DNA of 64,000 bases from Bacteroidota bacterium. Lineage in GTDB: Bacteria > Bacteroidota > Bacteroidia > NORP154. The translations under genes and the position numbers were made by a program. Each line of letters begins with the position of its first letter. The stretch's first letter is position 1. Below are positions 1 to 9,925 of this stretch, one piece after another. The stretch lies in the NCBI GenBank assembly GCA_043811005.1, contig JBDRNO010000094.1, positions 319 to 64,318 on the forward strand, written 5' to 3'. Under the pieces are notes generated by a model. It did not search any database. It was given only the letters and a program-made list of their open reading frames with translations, and was not told the DNA's origin.

Positions 1-1169
1 GAACTATCAACATTCTTGGCTTGTATATATTTGTCCACTGCTGCCCAGTAAACTGCACTTTGCTCAAATTCATTTTCACCACATTCCTTTGCAGTTGATG
101 AATACATATCCCCGATCAGAATATAGGGTATGCCCCAACCAGAACGCAATGCGATTGCCTTTTGCGCATAAGTTCTCGCCTGGCTATACTGCTTTAAGTT
201 ACTGAAATATAAATTTGCAAGGGTTAAAAAATATTCGGCTTTGGTATTATTCTCTTCTTCTAATTCAATTGCCTGTTTTAAAAATATCGATGCTTTTGAA
301 TACTGATTTCTTCCTATTAGCATTTTCCCAATATTATATGCAGATAATGCAGAAGGGTCAAGACTGTGGAGGGTTTCCGACAATTTTACGAAAACAGGAT
401 CTTCAGTACATCCCTTATTATCCATCATTCGCGTTGCTCTTTTAAGCCAGTCGGCATTACCTGAATTTTCATCGAATCTTGTGGAATAGAGTTTTACCAG
501 GTCTTCACAACTTGCAATAGGAGCAAAAAGTATTTCGACATTTTCTTTTGCTGTTTGATAATATTTTTTCTTATTTTCATCGGTAATGGAAAAGAGATTA
601 TAATCAATGATCCCGCTTACCTTATCAAATATCCCGATAATATCTTCTTTTGTCAATTTTTCCTGTTCAAGTAAAATTGCACTTAATTGAAAATATGCTG
701 TCACGGTACCGGCTTGTGATTCTTTATCCTCCAATTCAACGGATCTTTTTAATACTTCAAAAGCTTCACCCGGCTTATCTTTTCGATACTGAAGCATATC
801 AACCCCTTTTTTTCCAAGGACAAATCCCTCCTGACCGAAATACTTGATCCTTTGGTCATATATCATCATTAACCTGTCTATCAACCTTTCTTTTCTATCA
901 GCATCTTTTTCTTTATTTATCATGTAATTCATCAATACTACTCCATTAGCGTACATCTTTTTGCTCGATTTCGGGCAATTGGCAATTAACCAATTCCATG
1001 GAGTAATTGCATCCTGGTAATTCTTCTGCTTATAGAATTCGATATACAATGAAAGATTTTGCACGCATTTAACACTGTCTTCAGGAGTAGCTCCATATTT
1101 CCCGTTTTGAGCCAAAACCACAGAATTTATAATTGAAGCAAGAGTTATTATTATGATTGCTTTTTCCAT
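1..1169 (-). CDS. TPR-like helical repeat protein with signal peptide; partial, C-terminal part lies beyond the window start
   Basis: Own minus-strand translation from the ATG at 1167-1169 (MEKAIIIITLASIINSVVLAQNGKYGATPEDSVKCVQNLSLYIEFYKQKNYQDAI...) stays open to base 1. It is missing from the ORF track only because no stop lies in the window. Confidence 0.7.
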   Translation of the reverse strand, partial: MEKAIIIITLASIINSVVLAQNGKYGATPEDSVKCVQNLSLYIEFYKQKNYQDAITPWNWLIANCPKSSKKMYANGVVLMNYMINKEKDADRKERLIDRLMMIYDQRIKYFGQEGFVLGKKGVDMLQYRKDKPGEAFEVLKRSVELEDKESQAGTVTAYFQLSAILLEQEKLTKEDIIGIFDKVSGIIDYNLFSITDENKKKYYQTAKENVEILFAPIASCEDLVKLYSTRFDENSGNADWLKRATRMMDNKGCTEDPVFVKLSETLHSLDPSALSAYNIGKMLIGRNQYSKASIFLKQAIELEEENNTKAEYFLTLANLYFSNLKQYSQARTYAQKAIALRSGWGIPYILIGDMYSSTAKECGENEFEQSAVYWAAVDKYIQAKNVDS

Positions 1170-1184
1170 TTTATTTATATTTTT

Positions 1185-2513
1185 TTAATCAAATTTCCGC
1201 CTTATAAACCATTTATCATTAAAAGCAAGACCAATACACACTTTTACAAACTCTTCCTTTATTAAATTCATATCAGTAGTTCCTCGTTGTCCAAGTTCAA
1301 CAGATATATTCATAGTTGTATTTGAACGTTTTAACGGTAATCCTACACCAAAACCTATGCCATACTCTTTCAAATGGATTCCATTTAATAATAAATAAGT
1401 TTCCTCATAATGCAAACCAACGCGATATTGAGCAATTTTCCAAAATTTATTTACTGAAGCCTGGTCGGGTATGTATTGAACACCAAGTGCAATTCGCATA
1501 TTCTTAGTTAAGGAATCATTTGCCCCGAAAAAGGAAAAATCCGACCAATCCTGTTGAAAATAATCAACCCCGAAGAGCCATCTTTCGCCTTTCTTTATTG
1601 CTATTCCAATGCCAAAGCTCCCCGGAAGTGTAACTTCTCCAGAGACAACAGAGGAATCTACTGTATCTTTTACAATACCATTATAGTATGTTTCAGAGAA
1701 AATATCTTTATCGGCATTTAATTTTGTCAAAAAGTCAAACCTCACGCCAGTTGTTATTGTTAACCTATCTTTTAATTCTTTATTAAACAAAGTATCTATG
1801 GTAAAACTGTACTGGATGCCGTAATTAAAATAAAAATCTCCGATTTTTGTTGATTCATCAATGAAAAAATCAAAAATATTTGATGTATCAAAAGTTGCAA
1901 TTCTCATGTTTTCTATCGGTCCAAAGAGATAAGATGCATTGAACCCAAATGAAAAATTTTTCAGCTTAAAAGCATTTCCAATATAGAACTGATTAAGCCC
2001 GCCCGAACCTTGATATAGATAATTAACCTTACCTGTCTCAACAGGTTTACCAATCTCATTAATGGCTTCATGTCCTGAATCTGACACTTTATAACCAATA
2101 GTACTGTATGGACGTAATCCAAAGCTACAACCCCACCACTTGGTAACGGGAAACCCAAAAGCCAAATATGCAAGTGATGTATTGTTTATATTCTGGGCAG
2201 TATCATTGGAACTTATTTTTACGATATTGCTTGATACTCCTGTTGCAAAAACAAAAGATTGTAATTCAAACGATGCATAAGATGCGGGATTTGACAAATT
2301 AATGTGATATGGGCTATTGAGTCCATAAGCAATCCCTCCCATAGCCATGTTTTGTGCAAATCCGCAGGACTGTAAATCGCCAATTCCATAGCGGGAGTAT
2401 GGGGAGTATGTATTAATTTGGGATATTACTATTAAAGGGAAGAATAAAATAAATTGGAAATTTAAAATTATAAATTTAAAATTAATAATTGATATTTTTC
2501 TGTTTTCTTTCAC
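1185..2513 (-). CDS. Outer-membrane beta-barrel protein (FadL/PorV-like class), family not resolved
   Basis: 442-aa ORF with a signal peptide. It has alternating aromatic/Gly-rich beta-strand composition and a C-terminal aromatic-rich strand (KWFIRRKFD). The N-terminal YSPYSRYGIGDL motif is common in Bacteroidota outer-membrane proteins. Confidence 0.55.
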   Translation of the reverse strand: MKENRKISIINFKFIILNFQFILFFPLIVISQINTYSPYSRYGIGDLQSCGFAQNMAMGGIAYGLNSPYHINLSNPASYASFELQSFVFATGVSSNIVKISSNDTAQNINNTSLAYLAFGFPVTKWWGCSFGLRPYSTIGYKVSDSGHEAINEIGKPVETGKVNYLYQGSGGLNQFYIGNAFKLKNFSFGFNASYLFGPIENMRIATFDTSNIFDFFIDESTKIGDFYFNYGIQYSFTIDTLFNKELKDRLTITTGVRFDFLTKLNADKDIFSETYYNGIVKDTVDSSVVSGEVTLPGSFGIGIAIKKGERWLFGVDYFQQDWSDFSFFGANDSLTKNMRIALGVQYIPDQASVNKFWKIAQYRVGLHYEETYLLLNGIHLKEYGIGFGVGLPLKRSNTTMNISVELGQRGTTDMNLIKEEFVKVCIGLAFNDKWFIRRKFD

Positions 2514-2579
2514 TAACTAAAATTATAATCTAGTATTACATTCAAACCCTTAAGAACCAAATAAGGGTCTGCAAAGATG

Positions 2580-3260
2580 TTATTTTTTTTTTGAATGAAT
2601 GAGGGCATCAAGTTCTTTTTCAAGGAAATCGAGGTCTCCACCGGTCATTATTATTCTCAAACCGGGAAAATCCTTTTTGTAAGAAGCAATAATCCCTTTC
2701 ACTTCGGCTAAAGCCCCATTCAATACTCCGGATAAGATAGAATCGGTAGTATTCTCACCCACAACCCTGCTATCCCTCAAAGGCTTATCAATATCCAATA
2801 ACGGAAGATTTGTTGTAAAATTATTCAGCGCTTTAAAACGCATATTGATACCGGGAGAAATGCTTCCTCCCAAATATTGATTTTTTGAATTAATGAAATC
2901 ATAAGTTATGCAAGTTCCGGCATCTATAACCAAAACATTTTTACCCCGAAATTGATGATTAGCGCCTGCAACAGCGGCAATGCGGTCATAACCGAGTGTT
3001 TCAGGAGTTTTATACAGATTCCCGATTGGTAAAGGAGTACCTGGTTTAAGCTCTATGAAATTAATAGATCCCGGAAGAATATCAGCAAAATTTACCGGAT
3101 CCTTTGCAACAGACGATAATATTACCGATTTGACATTAGAAAGGAATTTCTTAACCTTGTCAATATCAATTTCATCATAAACATCTACGTTGATAAGTCT
3201 GTCATTCTCAAAAACAGCGAGTTTTGACCTTGTATTGCCGATGTCAATTACTAAGTTCAT
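2580..3260 (-). CDS. coaX: Type III pantothenate kinase
   Basis: MNLVIDIGNTRSKLAVF... is the typical CoaX N-terminal acetate/sugar-kinase motif, and the length is about 226 aa. I prefer the ATG at 3258-3260 over the TTG at 3270-3272 used by the ORF track. Confidence 0.85.
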   Translation of the reverse strand: MNLVIDIGNTRSKLAVFENDRLINVDVYDEIDIDKVKKFLSNVKSVILSSVAKDPVNFADILPGSINFIELKPGTPLPIGNLYKTPETLGYDRIAAVAGANHQFRGKNVLVIDAGTCITYDFINSKNQYLGGSISPGINMRFKALNNFTTNLPLLDIDKPLRDSRVVGENTTDSILSGVLNGALAEVKGIIASYKKDFPGLRIIMTGGDLDFLEKELDALIHSKKK

Positions 3261-3312
3261 TCGTAATTTCAAAGTTAAGTCTTGACCAATTTTGGCAAAA
3301 TATTAAATTTGT

Positions 3313-3393
3313 TTTCTCGCAAAGCTCGCAAAGCACGCTATAATTAATAAAAACAAATCTTTGTCCTCCAGCTGGCGGAAGCTTTGCGGGAGA
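3313..3393. repeat. REP-like palindromic element containing the CCAGCTGGCGG core
   Basis: Inverted repeat tctcgcaaagct (3314-3325) / agctttgcgggaga (3380-3393) encloses cctCCAGCTGGCGGAag. The same 11-mer recurs at 26122 and 48950. Confidence 0.6.
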
Positions 3394-3547
3394 TATAATT
3401 AGTTTGAATATATTAATTCCTTTTTGGTTTTGCTTGCCCCGTTGCATAACGGGGGCTTGTCCAAGTTATGCAATTAAGCATTTTATTTTACAAAATTACA
3501 AAATAGTTGACTAATTTTGCACTCCGATTTTAAGTTTACATTTTATT

Positions 3548-3620
3548 GGTGCGGTAGCTCAGTCGGTAGAGCACAGGACTGAAAATCCTGGTGTCGGCAG
3601 TTCGATTCTGCCCCGCACCA
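3548..3620 (+). tRNA. tRNA-Phe (anticodon GAA)
   Basis: 73-nt cloverleaf folded by hand. Acceptor stem GGTGCGG/CCGCACC, D arm GCTC-AGTCGGTA-GAGC, anticodon arm CAGGA-CTGAAAA-TCCTG, T arm GGCAG-TTCGATT-CTGCC, discriminator A. No encoded CCA. Confidence 0.95.
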
Positions 3621-3715
3621 CAATATTCTTTAATAAATTAACAATATTTATACCTGGTAATCATTTTCCCCTGTAAAAATCACCGCCACCCTTAAACCGT
3701 GTGTATTAGGTCAGA

Positions 3716-3739
3716 AGCTCCGAATCGGGGCTTTTTTTA
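3716..3739 (+). terminator. Putative rho-independent terminator downstream of tRNA-Phe
   Basis: Stem agctccg / cggggct (one G-U pair) with a 3-nt loop, followed by a run of 7 T. Confidence 0.45.
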
Positions 3740-3779
3740 TTTCAACGGCTATAACAGATAAAAAATATATTTTTGTATT

Positions 3780-5408
3780 ATGAAACAAAATAAAAAAATT
3801 GTTCTGCTGATTATGGACGGATGGGGGTGCGGTGATAAGACCAGATCTGACGCTATAGCAAATGCCAATACCCCCTTTTTTGACAGCTTAATTAAAAAAT
3901 ATCCAAACACCCGGCTCTTTGCTCATGGTGAATATGTGGGCTTGCCACATGGACAAATGGGCAACTCGGAGGTAGGTCATTTAAACATCGGTGGGGGAAG
4001 AATAGTTTACCAGGATCTGGTAAAAATAAACAAAGCTATAGAAGATAAAAGCATTGATTCCAACCCGGTTTTGATAAAGGCATTCAATTATGCAAAAGAA
4101 AAAGGGAAGAATGTTCATTTCCTGGGGCTTGTGTCTGATGGCGGTGTGCATTCCTCGCAGGAGCATCTTCACAAACTTTGCACTATGTGTAAGGATAATG
4201 GATTAAGCAATGTATATATTCATGCCTTTATGGATGGCAGGGATACCGATCCTAAGAGCGGTTTGGGCTTCATCTCCAGATTAGAAGACCACCTCTCCCC
4301 CGGCCCCTCTCCGAACATCCCCCTTGCACCCTTCAAAGAAGGGGGACTGGAGAGGGGAGACCCGGCGCGCAGGCACTCCCTTCTACCAACTGGCAGAGAG
4401 GGCAAGGGAGGGATGATCGCTTCTATAATTGGCAGGTACTATGCTATGGATAGAGATAAAAGATGGGAAAGAATAAAAGTGGCTTACAACATGCTGGTTA
4501 AAGGTGTTGGAGAAAAAACCACAGATGTTTTAATTGCCATTAAAAAATCATACGATACGGGAATTACCGATGAGTTTATAAAACCAATAGTGAGAGTAGA
4601 CGAATATAATAATCCGGTTGGAAGAATTGAGGAAGGCGATGTGGTCATTTGCTTCAACTTTCGCAACGACAGGTGCAGGGAGATAACGCAAGTATTAACC
4701 CAAATGGATTTCCCAGAGAACAAAATGCAAAAAATGAACTTGCATTACAATACCATGACCAATTATGACATTACTTTTAAAGGTATTAACGTTGTTTTTG
4801 AGAAGGAAGATGTTAAGATGACCATAGGGGAAGTACTGTCTAAAGCCGGTAAAAAACAGATAAGAATTGCCGAAACCGAAAAGTATGCTCATGTTACTTT
4901 TTTCTTTTCAGGTGGCAGGGAAGAACCTTTTAAAGGAGAAAAGCGGATACTTATCCCATCACCAAAAGTCGCAACTTATGATCTGAAACCCGAAATGAGC
5001 GCTTATAAAGTAACTGATGCCATCACAAAAGAGCTGAAAGAAGCAGAAACCGATTTTATCTGCCTGAACTTTGCCAACACTGACATGGTTGGGCATACGG
5101 GCTTTTATGAAGCAGTTGTAAAAGCGGTTGAAACAGTTGATACCTGTATAAAAAAGGTAGTGGAAGAAGGCCTTCAGAATGGTTATTCATTTATTATTAT
5201 TGCCGATCACGGCAATGCAGATTATATGATCAATGATGACGGCTCTGAGAATACAGCGCATAGTAACAATCCCGTTCCATGTATCTTGATTGATGAAGAT
5301 TATAAAGATATTAAAGAGGGTATACTGGCTGATGTAGCTCCCACAATCCTGACATTGATGGGAATGGAGGTTCCCGGGGAGATGACTGGGGAGGTTTTGA
5401 TTAGTTAG
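3780..5408 (+). CDS. gpmI: 2,3-bisphosphoglycerate-independent phosphoglycerate mutase carrying an in-frame inserted element
   Basis: MDGWG..., [33 protein letters not shown] and ADHGNA are hallmark iPGM motifs. At 542 aa it is about 30-35 aa longer than usual because of the block at 4292-4408. Confidence 0.93.
   Translation: MKQNKKIVLLIMDGWGCGDKTRSDAIANANTPFFDSLIKKYPNTRLFAHGEYVGLPHGQMGNSEVGHLNIGGGRIVYQDLVKINKAIEDKSIDSNPVLIKAFNYAKEKGKNVHFLGLVSDGGVHSSQEHLHKLCTMCKDNGLSNVYIHAFMDGRDTDPKSGLGFISRLEDHLSPGPSPNIPLAPFKEGGLERGDPARRHSLLPTGREGKGGMIASIIGRYYAMDRDKRWERIKVAYNMLVKGVGEKTTDVLIAIKKSYDTGITDEFIKPIVRVDEYNNPVGRIEEGDVVICFNFRNDRCREITQVLTQMDFPENKMQKMNLHYNTMTNYDITFKGINVVFEKEDVKMTIGEVLSKAGKKQIRIAETEKYAHVTFFFSGGREEPFKGEKRILIPSPKVATYDLKPEMSAYKVTDAITKELKEAETDFICLNFANTDMVGHTGFYEAVVKAVETVDTCIKKVVEEGLQNGYSFIIIADHGNADYMINDDGSENTAHSNNPVPCILIDEDYKDIKEGILADVAPTILTLMGMEVPGEMTGEVLIS
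4292..4408 (-). repeat. GC-rich nested palindromic element, in frame inside gpmI
   Basis: Inverted repeats cccctctcc/ggagagggg, ccccctt/aaggggg and ctccctt/aagggag. The reverse complement begins GGTCTCCCCTCTCC, like the copies at 18656 and 53586. Confidence 0.75.
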
Positions 5409-5442
5409 CTGTTCACTATTAAATATACAGTTACTAAAATAA

Positions 5443-6582
5443 TCATTCACTCAGGATGCGATAGAGGTCAATGTTCAGATAGTAATGATGACCGTTGATG
5501 GTCTTTTTTTCCAGCACACCTATCTCACATAGCCGGTTTAAATAGTTCCTTGCAGTATTTTCAGCATATATTTTGGCCTCAGTAAAATGCTTTACCCTGG
5601 TAAATGGCTGGGTAAATAAAAATCGGATCATCAATTCAGGTCTTTTAATATCAGTTTGCATCTCTATTGCTTTCTGAACATCCTCTTTTGCAGTTAATAT
5701 TTCATTTATCTTGTTAAACGTAATATTAGAAGTTATCTCAACAGCCCTTAGCATAAATAATATCCATGTTTTCCAATCACCCCTTTGTATTATTCCCTGA
5801 AGCCCGTAATAATAATCTTCTTTATTTTCAATAATATATTTGCTTAAAAAAAGAATTGGATAATCAAGTAAACCTTTATGGGTTAAGTAGTGAATGTTAA
5901 ATATCCTTCCAGTTCTACCGTTACCATCTCTAAATGGATGTATTGCCTCAAACTGAAAATGCCCGATAACCATTTTGAGCAATGTGTCTGTCTTGTATTT
6001 TTCATTATCATTCAAATAATCCAATAGATTGGTCAATTTATTTTCCAATATGCCCTCACCTCTTGGTGGGGTGTATATTGCTTTCCCTGATTCAAGACCA
6101 CTTCCTCCCCGTTTTATAAAAATCCTCGCATAAGGCGGTCTTATTCCATCACTGGTATGTTTTATTTCCTGACAAATGCTGATCAAATATTCAATGTCAA
6201 ATTCCTCTCTGTTTTTTAAATATTCATACCCTTTCCAAAGCGCTTCCCTGTAATATAAAACTTCTTTTGCCGGTCCTTGCTGTTCTTTAATATTTTTCTG
6301 ACTAAATGCCTGATATAATTCATCATCTGTTGTAAAAATATTTTCTACCTCACTTGATGCTTTAGCTTCCTGTAAACTAATTGTATTGATAAGCATTCCC
6401 TGGTTGGGAATGGCAACGCTTCTGCCATGTAATCTCGCCAGAGCAGCCTTTGCTTCTCCCAATTGCTCCGTTACTTCAACTGTTTTGTATAATGATTCAT
6501 CAATTGGCAGTGGAGGTAATTCATTCCAGGGAACAGCCCTGTTTGAATTTACAGGATATGGATTATGTATCTTACCAGACAT
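5443..6582 (-). CDS. Fic family protein (AMPylation-type Fido domain with C-terminal winged-helix region)
   Basis: HPFRDGNGRTGR matches the Fic motif HxFx(D/E)GNGRxxR. The 379-aa architecture is typical of Fic/DOC proteins. Confidence 0.85.
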   Translation of the reverse strand: MSGKIHNPYPVNSNRAVPWNELPPLPIDESLYKTVEVTEQLGEAKAALARLHGRSVAIPNQGMLINTISLQEAKASSEVENIFTTDDELYQAFSQKNIKEQQGPAKEVLYYREALWKGYEYLKNREEFDIEYLISICQEIKHTSDGIRPPYARIFIKRGGSGLESGKAIYTPPRGEGILENKLTNLLDYLNDNEKYKTDTLLKMVIGHFQFEAIHPFRDGNGRTGRIFNIHYLTHKGLLDYPILFLSKYIIENKEDYYYGLQGIIQRGDWKTWILFMLRAVEITSNITFNKINEILTAKEDVQKAIEMQTDIKRPELMIRFLFTQPFTRVKHFTEAKIYAENTARNYLNRLCEIGVLEKKTINGHHYYLNIDLYRILSE

Positions 6583-6668
6583 TAATTTTGTTTAACTTTT
6601 GATGTTTGCTGTCTTTTTGGCTTCAAAATTATTAAAAAAAACACAACAAACATTAAAAAAATAGATAA

Positions 6669-6736
6669 ATTAATGTCTGCTAAACATTTGACATTAATAT
6701 GTGTCATTTTTTGACAGATTTCTGTATTAATGTCAA
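6669..6736. promoter_or_regulatory. Operator-like nested inverted repeats upstream of the Fic gene
   Basis: TTGACATTAATA (6688-6699) and TATTAATGTCAA (6725-6736) form a perfect 12-bp inverted repeat. TGTCA/TGACA (6702-6706/6712-6716) is nested inside, and a third ATTAATGTC copy lies at 6669-6677. The site is 105-155 nt upstream of the Fic start. Confidence 0.45.
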
Positions 6737-6772
6737 AAATTCCTGTATTTTGATTGATGAAAATTATGATCG

Positions 6773-6805
6773 AGATTTCCTAAATCCTGGAGATTTAGGA
6801 AATCT
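6773..6805 (-). terminator. Perfect 14-bp hairpin just downstream of the 6816-9656 gene
   Basis: agatttcctaaatc (6773-6786) / gatttaggaaatct (6792-6805) with a 5-nt loop. No clean T-run follows, so terminator function is uncertain. Confidence 0.4.
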
Positions 6806-6815
6806 GAACTAATTA

Positions 6816-9656
6816 CTATCTAACTAAAGTTACCCTCCCAATAAAATTGTGGGGCTGGTCTAAATAGTCTTTTATCTTTATTATGTAAACGTACACTTCC
6901 TGTTGTGCAACATCTTTTCCTCCATTACCTTTGCCATCCCAACCCTGATGTTTGTCAGATGTTTCGAAGATCTCATCTCCCCAGCGGTTGTAAATAAACA
7001 TCTCATATTCTTTTATCCCTTTACCTACACCATTAAATATATCATTTAAACCATCCCCGTTAGGAGAAAACGCATTGGGAATCTCAAACAAGAATTCACA
7101 ATCGATCTCAACTATAACATCATCAGAAGCTCTGCGGGGACCACAAGTATCAGTAACAATCACTGTATAAACTGTTGTTTCAACAGGTTTTACAATAACA
7201 TCTCTGAGGGTAATACCATTACTTATCCATGAATATGATAAAGGGCCATATCCTCCTGTTGCTTCTGCCGTAAGAACTACATACTCATTGCAAACAGTTA
7301 CATCTTCCATAGCGGTAACCTCCAAAGGTTCTACATCAGTTATAACAGCAGAAACACTGCTGTCAGGGCACAACTCATAATCGCCACTCTGTTGAATAGT
7401 AATGATAACCGTCTCATCACCCTCAAGGATAGAATCAAATTCGGGAGAAATAACCAATTCTGCAGATGACTCTCCATCGGGAATAATTATACTATCGGAA
7501 ATTGTTAAATAATCAACTCCGTTAATAGCGGTCCCTCCAATTATATAATCAATAGTAAGATCACCTGTTACTTCAGCACGATAAAAAGTAAATACTGCAT
7601 CTTTACATTCCTCAACAGCTTTTGAATCTCCTGCCATGCCAATTCCATTAACAGTGATTGTTACGGAATCTGTAACAACATATCCGCATGTATCAGCAAC
7701 TGTTATAATGTAGGTTGTAGTAGAAAAAGGGGATATGTAAAGCGATTGTTGATTGCTTATAGTACCGTTTCCATCGTCCCACGTGTATGATAAAGTGCCT
7801 GAACCAGCAAGAGCAATTGCCGATAGCATTGCGCTGCCAATTATACAAATGGTAGTATCGTCATTAACTGTTAATGTTAATGGATCAACATTTATGATAA
7901 CGATAGTACCTGAATTAGGCAGAGTAGGACACACAACATCTGTCTCTAATGTAATGATAATAGTTTCATCAGTTTCAGGAATCCCGTCAAGAATGGGGGA
8001 AATAACCAGGTTTACCGAAGACTGGCCGGCTGGGATCACGACACTATCAGGTATGTTTGTGTAGTCACTGCCATTTGTTGCAGTTCCGCTAATTGTATAA
8101 TAAACAGTTAAGGGTAAAACTGTTGACCCTAAACGGGAAATAGTGAATACTGCATCACTGCAACCTTCTACTACCATATTATTTGAAAAAATCATAGATG
8201 GAGGCGGGTCTATAACTGTAACCGTTACCTGGTCGGTAACAATAGAGGTTTCACAGGCATCGGTTACAGTAACAGTATAAGTTGTAGTTGATGATGGACT
8301 AACTGAGACGATACTGCTGTTCCCGGCACCATTATCCCAGGTATAAGTTAAAGGAGCTACCCCTCCTGTAGCATTGGCGTATAATATAGCAGATTCTCCA
8401 GGGCAAAAAATCGTATCGGGATCTGTGCTCGCTGTAACAGATAGAGAATTTGTGTTAATGATCGTAACAGTAACCGAAGATTCAACGTCATCTATGCAGG
8501 TATTGTTTGTGAGGTTGGCAGGAATTGTAATGATAATGGTCTCAATTCCTTCCGGAATACCATCAAGAAATGCTGAAACCAGTAAGTCAACTGACGATTG
8601 ACCGATAGGAATGACAATACTGTCAACAACATAATCATAATCCACTCCATTGGTTGCCGTACCTGTAATAACAAAATAGATGGTCAATGGATCATCAGTA
8701 GAACCCGGTCTGGAAAAAGTGAAAATAAGTGGATCACACCCCTCGGTTACAGTTGCCGTTGGCGCTCCTATTTCTCCCACCTGTACCTGTATGCCCACTG
8801 CACCGAAGCTGGCTGCCTCCAGGAATACACCTGAGTCCCAAACGCCATCACTCACATCGGCAACAGCAAACTTTATATGATATGTTTCACACGGAGTTAA
8901 CGCTTTTTGAGCAGTAAGGACGGTTGTAAATCCATCATATTGAACCGACTGCCCATTCAATGTCTCATTATCTACAAAATAAGTGGAATTATTCAGCCCG
9001 GGATCCCCCTGTCCACCACATCCAAGAGAATCACCTTGTAAACCTATTGTCCCGTTATTAACAGTATTAATAGCAACATAGGTAGATGTGCTTGGAACAA
9101 GGGCAATATTCTCAACTCCGGTAATCCCGGGTCCGCTGATTAAAAAAGCAAATACGTCATTGTAGTCAGAACAAACGTATTCATTATATTCCTCTGATGC
9201 AAAAACATATCTGAAGCTGATTGCATCTGTAACCGTTTCAAAATCAAACTCCAATACTGCCGCATTAAAAGTTGAGTAGGGTGATACAATATTATATAAA
9301 TCCGGATCTCCGGGAGTGCCATTATCAAAACCATCATTACCTGAATCGTTTGGTCCCGGAGCGTCAAAAATACTTCCTGTACATAAAATAACACCGGCAT
9401 CAATACCGATATTAGAAGCTATACCATTAAAATAACCTATCATATTCGCATTTGAATCAATTGGAATTCCTGATGATCCGTTAAATATGACGTTACTTAC
9501 AGTTACACCCGCATCTAATAAAATATTCTCTACAAGAAAAACCGGATCATTATAAGGAGTTGAATTATTAACAACAAGCTGGGCATTGACACTGTTCATG
9601 ACAAGCATCAAGCCAATTAAAAAGGATATATATATTTGTCTTATTGGAAGAAACAT
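6816..9656 (-). CDS. T9SS type B (gliding-motility C-terminal domain) surface protein with Calx-beta-like and SprB-type repeats
   Basis: The C-terminus reads IPNAFSPNGDGLNDIF...YNRWGDEIFE...WDGKG...YVYIIK. Repeats of the form GTATNGVDY...IPIGQSS..L.V....DGIPEG.ETIIITI occur several times. The signal peptide starts at MFLPIRQIYISFLIGLMLVMNSVNAQ, so I place the start at 9654-9656, not 9803. Confidence 0.85.
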   Translation of the reverse strand: MFLPIRQIYISFLIGLMLVMNSVNAQLVVNNSTPYNDPVFLVENILLDAGVTVSNVIFNGSSGIPIDSNANMIGYFNGIASNIGIDAGVILCTGSIFDAPGPNDSGNDGFDNGTPGDPDLYNIVSPYSTFNAAVLEFDFETVTDAISFRYVFASEEYNEYVCSDYNDVFAFLISGPGITGVENIALVPSTSTYVAINTVNNGTIGLQGDSLGCGGQGDPGLNNSTYFVDNETLNGQSVQYDGFTTVLTAQKALTPCETYHIKFAVADVSDGVWDSGVFLEAASFGAVGIQVQVGEIGAPTATVTEGCDPLIFTFSRPGSTDDPLTIYFVITGTATNGVDYDYVVDSIVIPIGQSSVDLLVSAFLDGIPEGIETIIITIPANLTNNTCIDDVESSVTVTIINTNSLSVTASTDPDTIFCPGESAILYANATGGVAPLTYTWDNGAGNSSIVSVSPSSTTTYTVTVTDACETSIVTDQVTVTVIDPPPSMIFSNNMVVEGCSDAVFTISRLGSTVLPLTVYYTISGTATNGSDYTNIPDSVVIPAGQSSVNLVISPILDGIPETDETIIITLETDVVCPTLPNSGTIVIINVDPLTLTVNDDTTICIIGSAMLSAIALAGSGTLSYTWDDGNGTISNQQSLYISPFSTTTYIITVADTCGYVVTDSVTITVNGIGMAGDSKAVEECKDAVFTFYRAEVTGDLTIDYIIGGTAINGVDYLTISDSIIIPDGESSAELVISPEFDSILEGDETVIITIQQSGDYELCPDSSVSAVITDVEPLEVTAMEDVTVCNEYVVLTAEATGGYGPLSYSWISNGITLRDVIVKPVETTVYTVIVTDTCGPRRASDDVIVEIDCEFLFEIPNAFSPNGDGLNDIFNGVGKGIKEYEMFIYNRWGDEIFETSDKHQGWDGKGNGGKDVAQQEVYVYIIKIKDYLDQPHNFIGRVTLVR

Positions 9657-9669
9657 AACTTCAGCAAGC

Positions 9670-9709
9670 CTGCCTGCGCGAAGCCGGAGCTTCGCTTCGG
9701 CATAGGCAG
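9670..9709. repeat. GC-rich hairpin element in the 5' leader of the T9SS gene
   Basis: ctgcct...aggcag encloses a perfect gcgaagc-cgga-gcttcgc hairpin (9678-9695). A related gcttcg-ag-cgaagc core lies inside the element at 18656. Confidence 0.6.
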
Positions 9710-9925
9710 AACAGAACCAAAAAGAATAAAAAATGTTGCATATTACAAATTTACTTATACGAAAACATCTTGTTGAAAGTTTGCAAGATAGCGAATATTT
9801 CAAAAAGCATCAAAATACTATTCCAAAAACATAGCTATGCAAATAAATTAATGAAATACGAAGTATTCTCGAGGGATTTTTCGAGCGCATGACTGTGCAG
9901 TACGAGTAAATTCCGAGTCAATCAA

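Noticed and set aside
3244-3447. 67-aa ORF between coaX and tRNA-Phe
   Set aside because: It runs across REP-like palindromes (CCAGCTGGCGG and the gccccgtt...aacggggc hairpin), has odd composition and has no plausible start context. It is judged non-coding.
4220-4405. 61-aa antisense ORF inside gpmI, and the similar 67-aa ORF at 18610-18813 inside the GT9 gene
   Set aside because: Both exist only because the inserted GC-rich elements are stop-free in several frames. The host genes are clearly the real coding frames.
9657-9803. N-terminal 49-aa extension of the 995-aa ORF (MKYSLSCKLSTRCF...KLRLRAGRLAEV)
   Set aside because: The extension is a read-through of the GC-rich hairpin at 9670-9709 and the AT-rich leader. 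A canonical signal peptide starts at the internal Met (9654-9656), so the shorter ORF is annotated.
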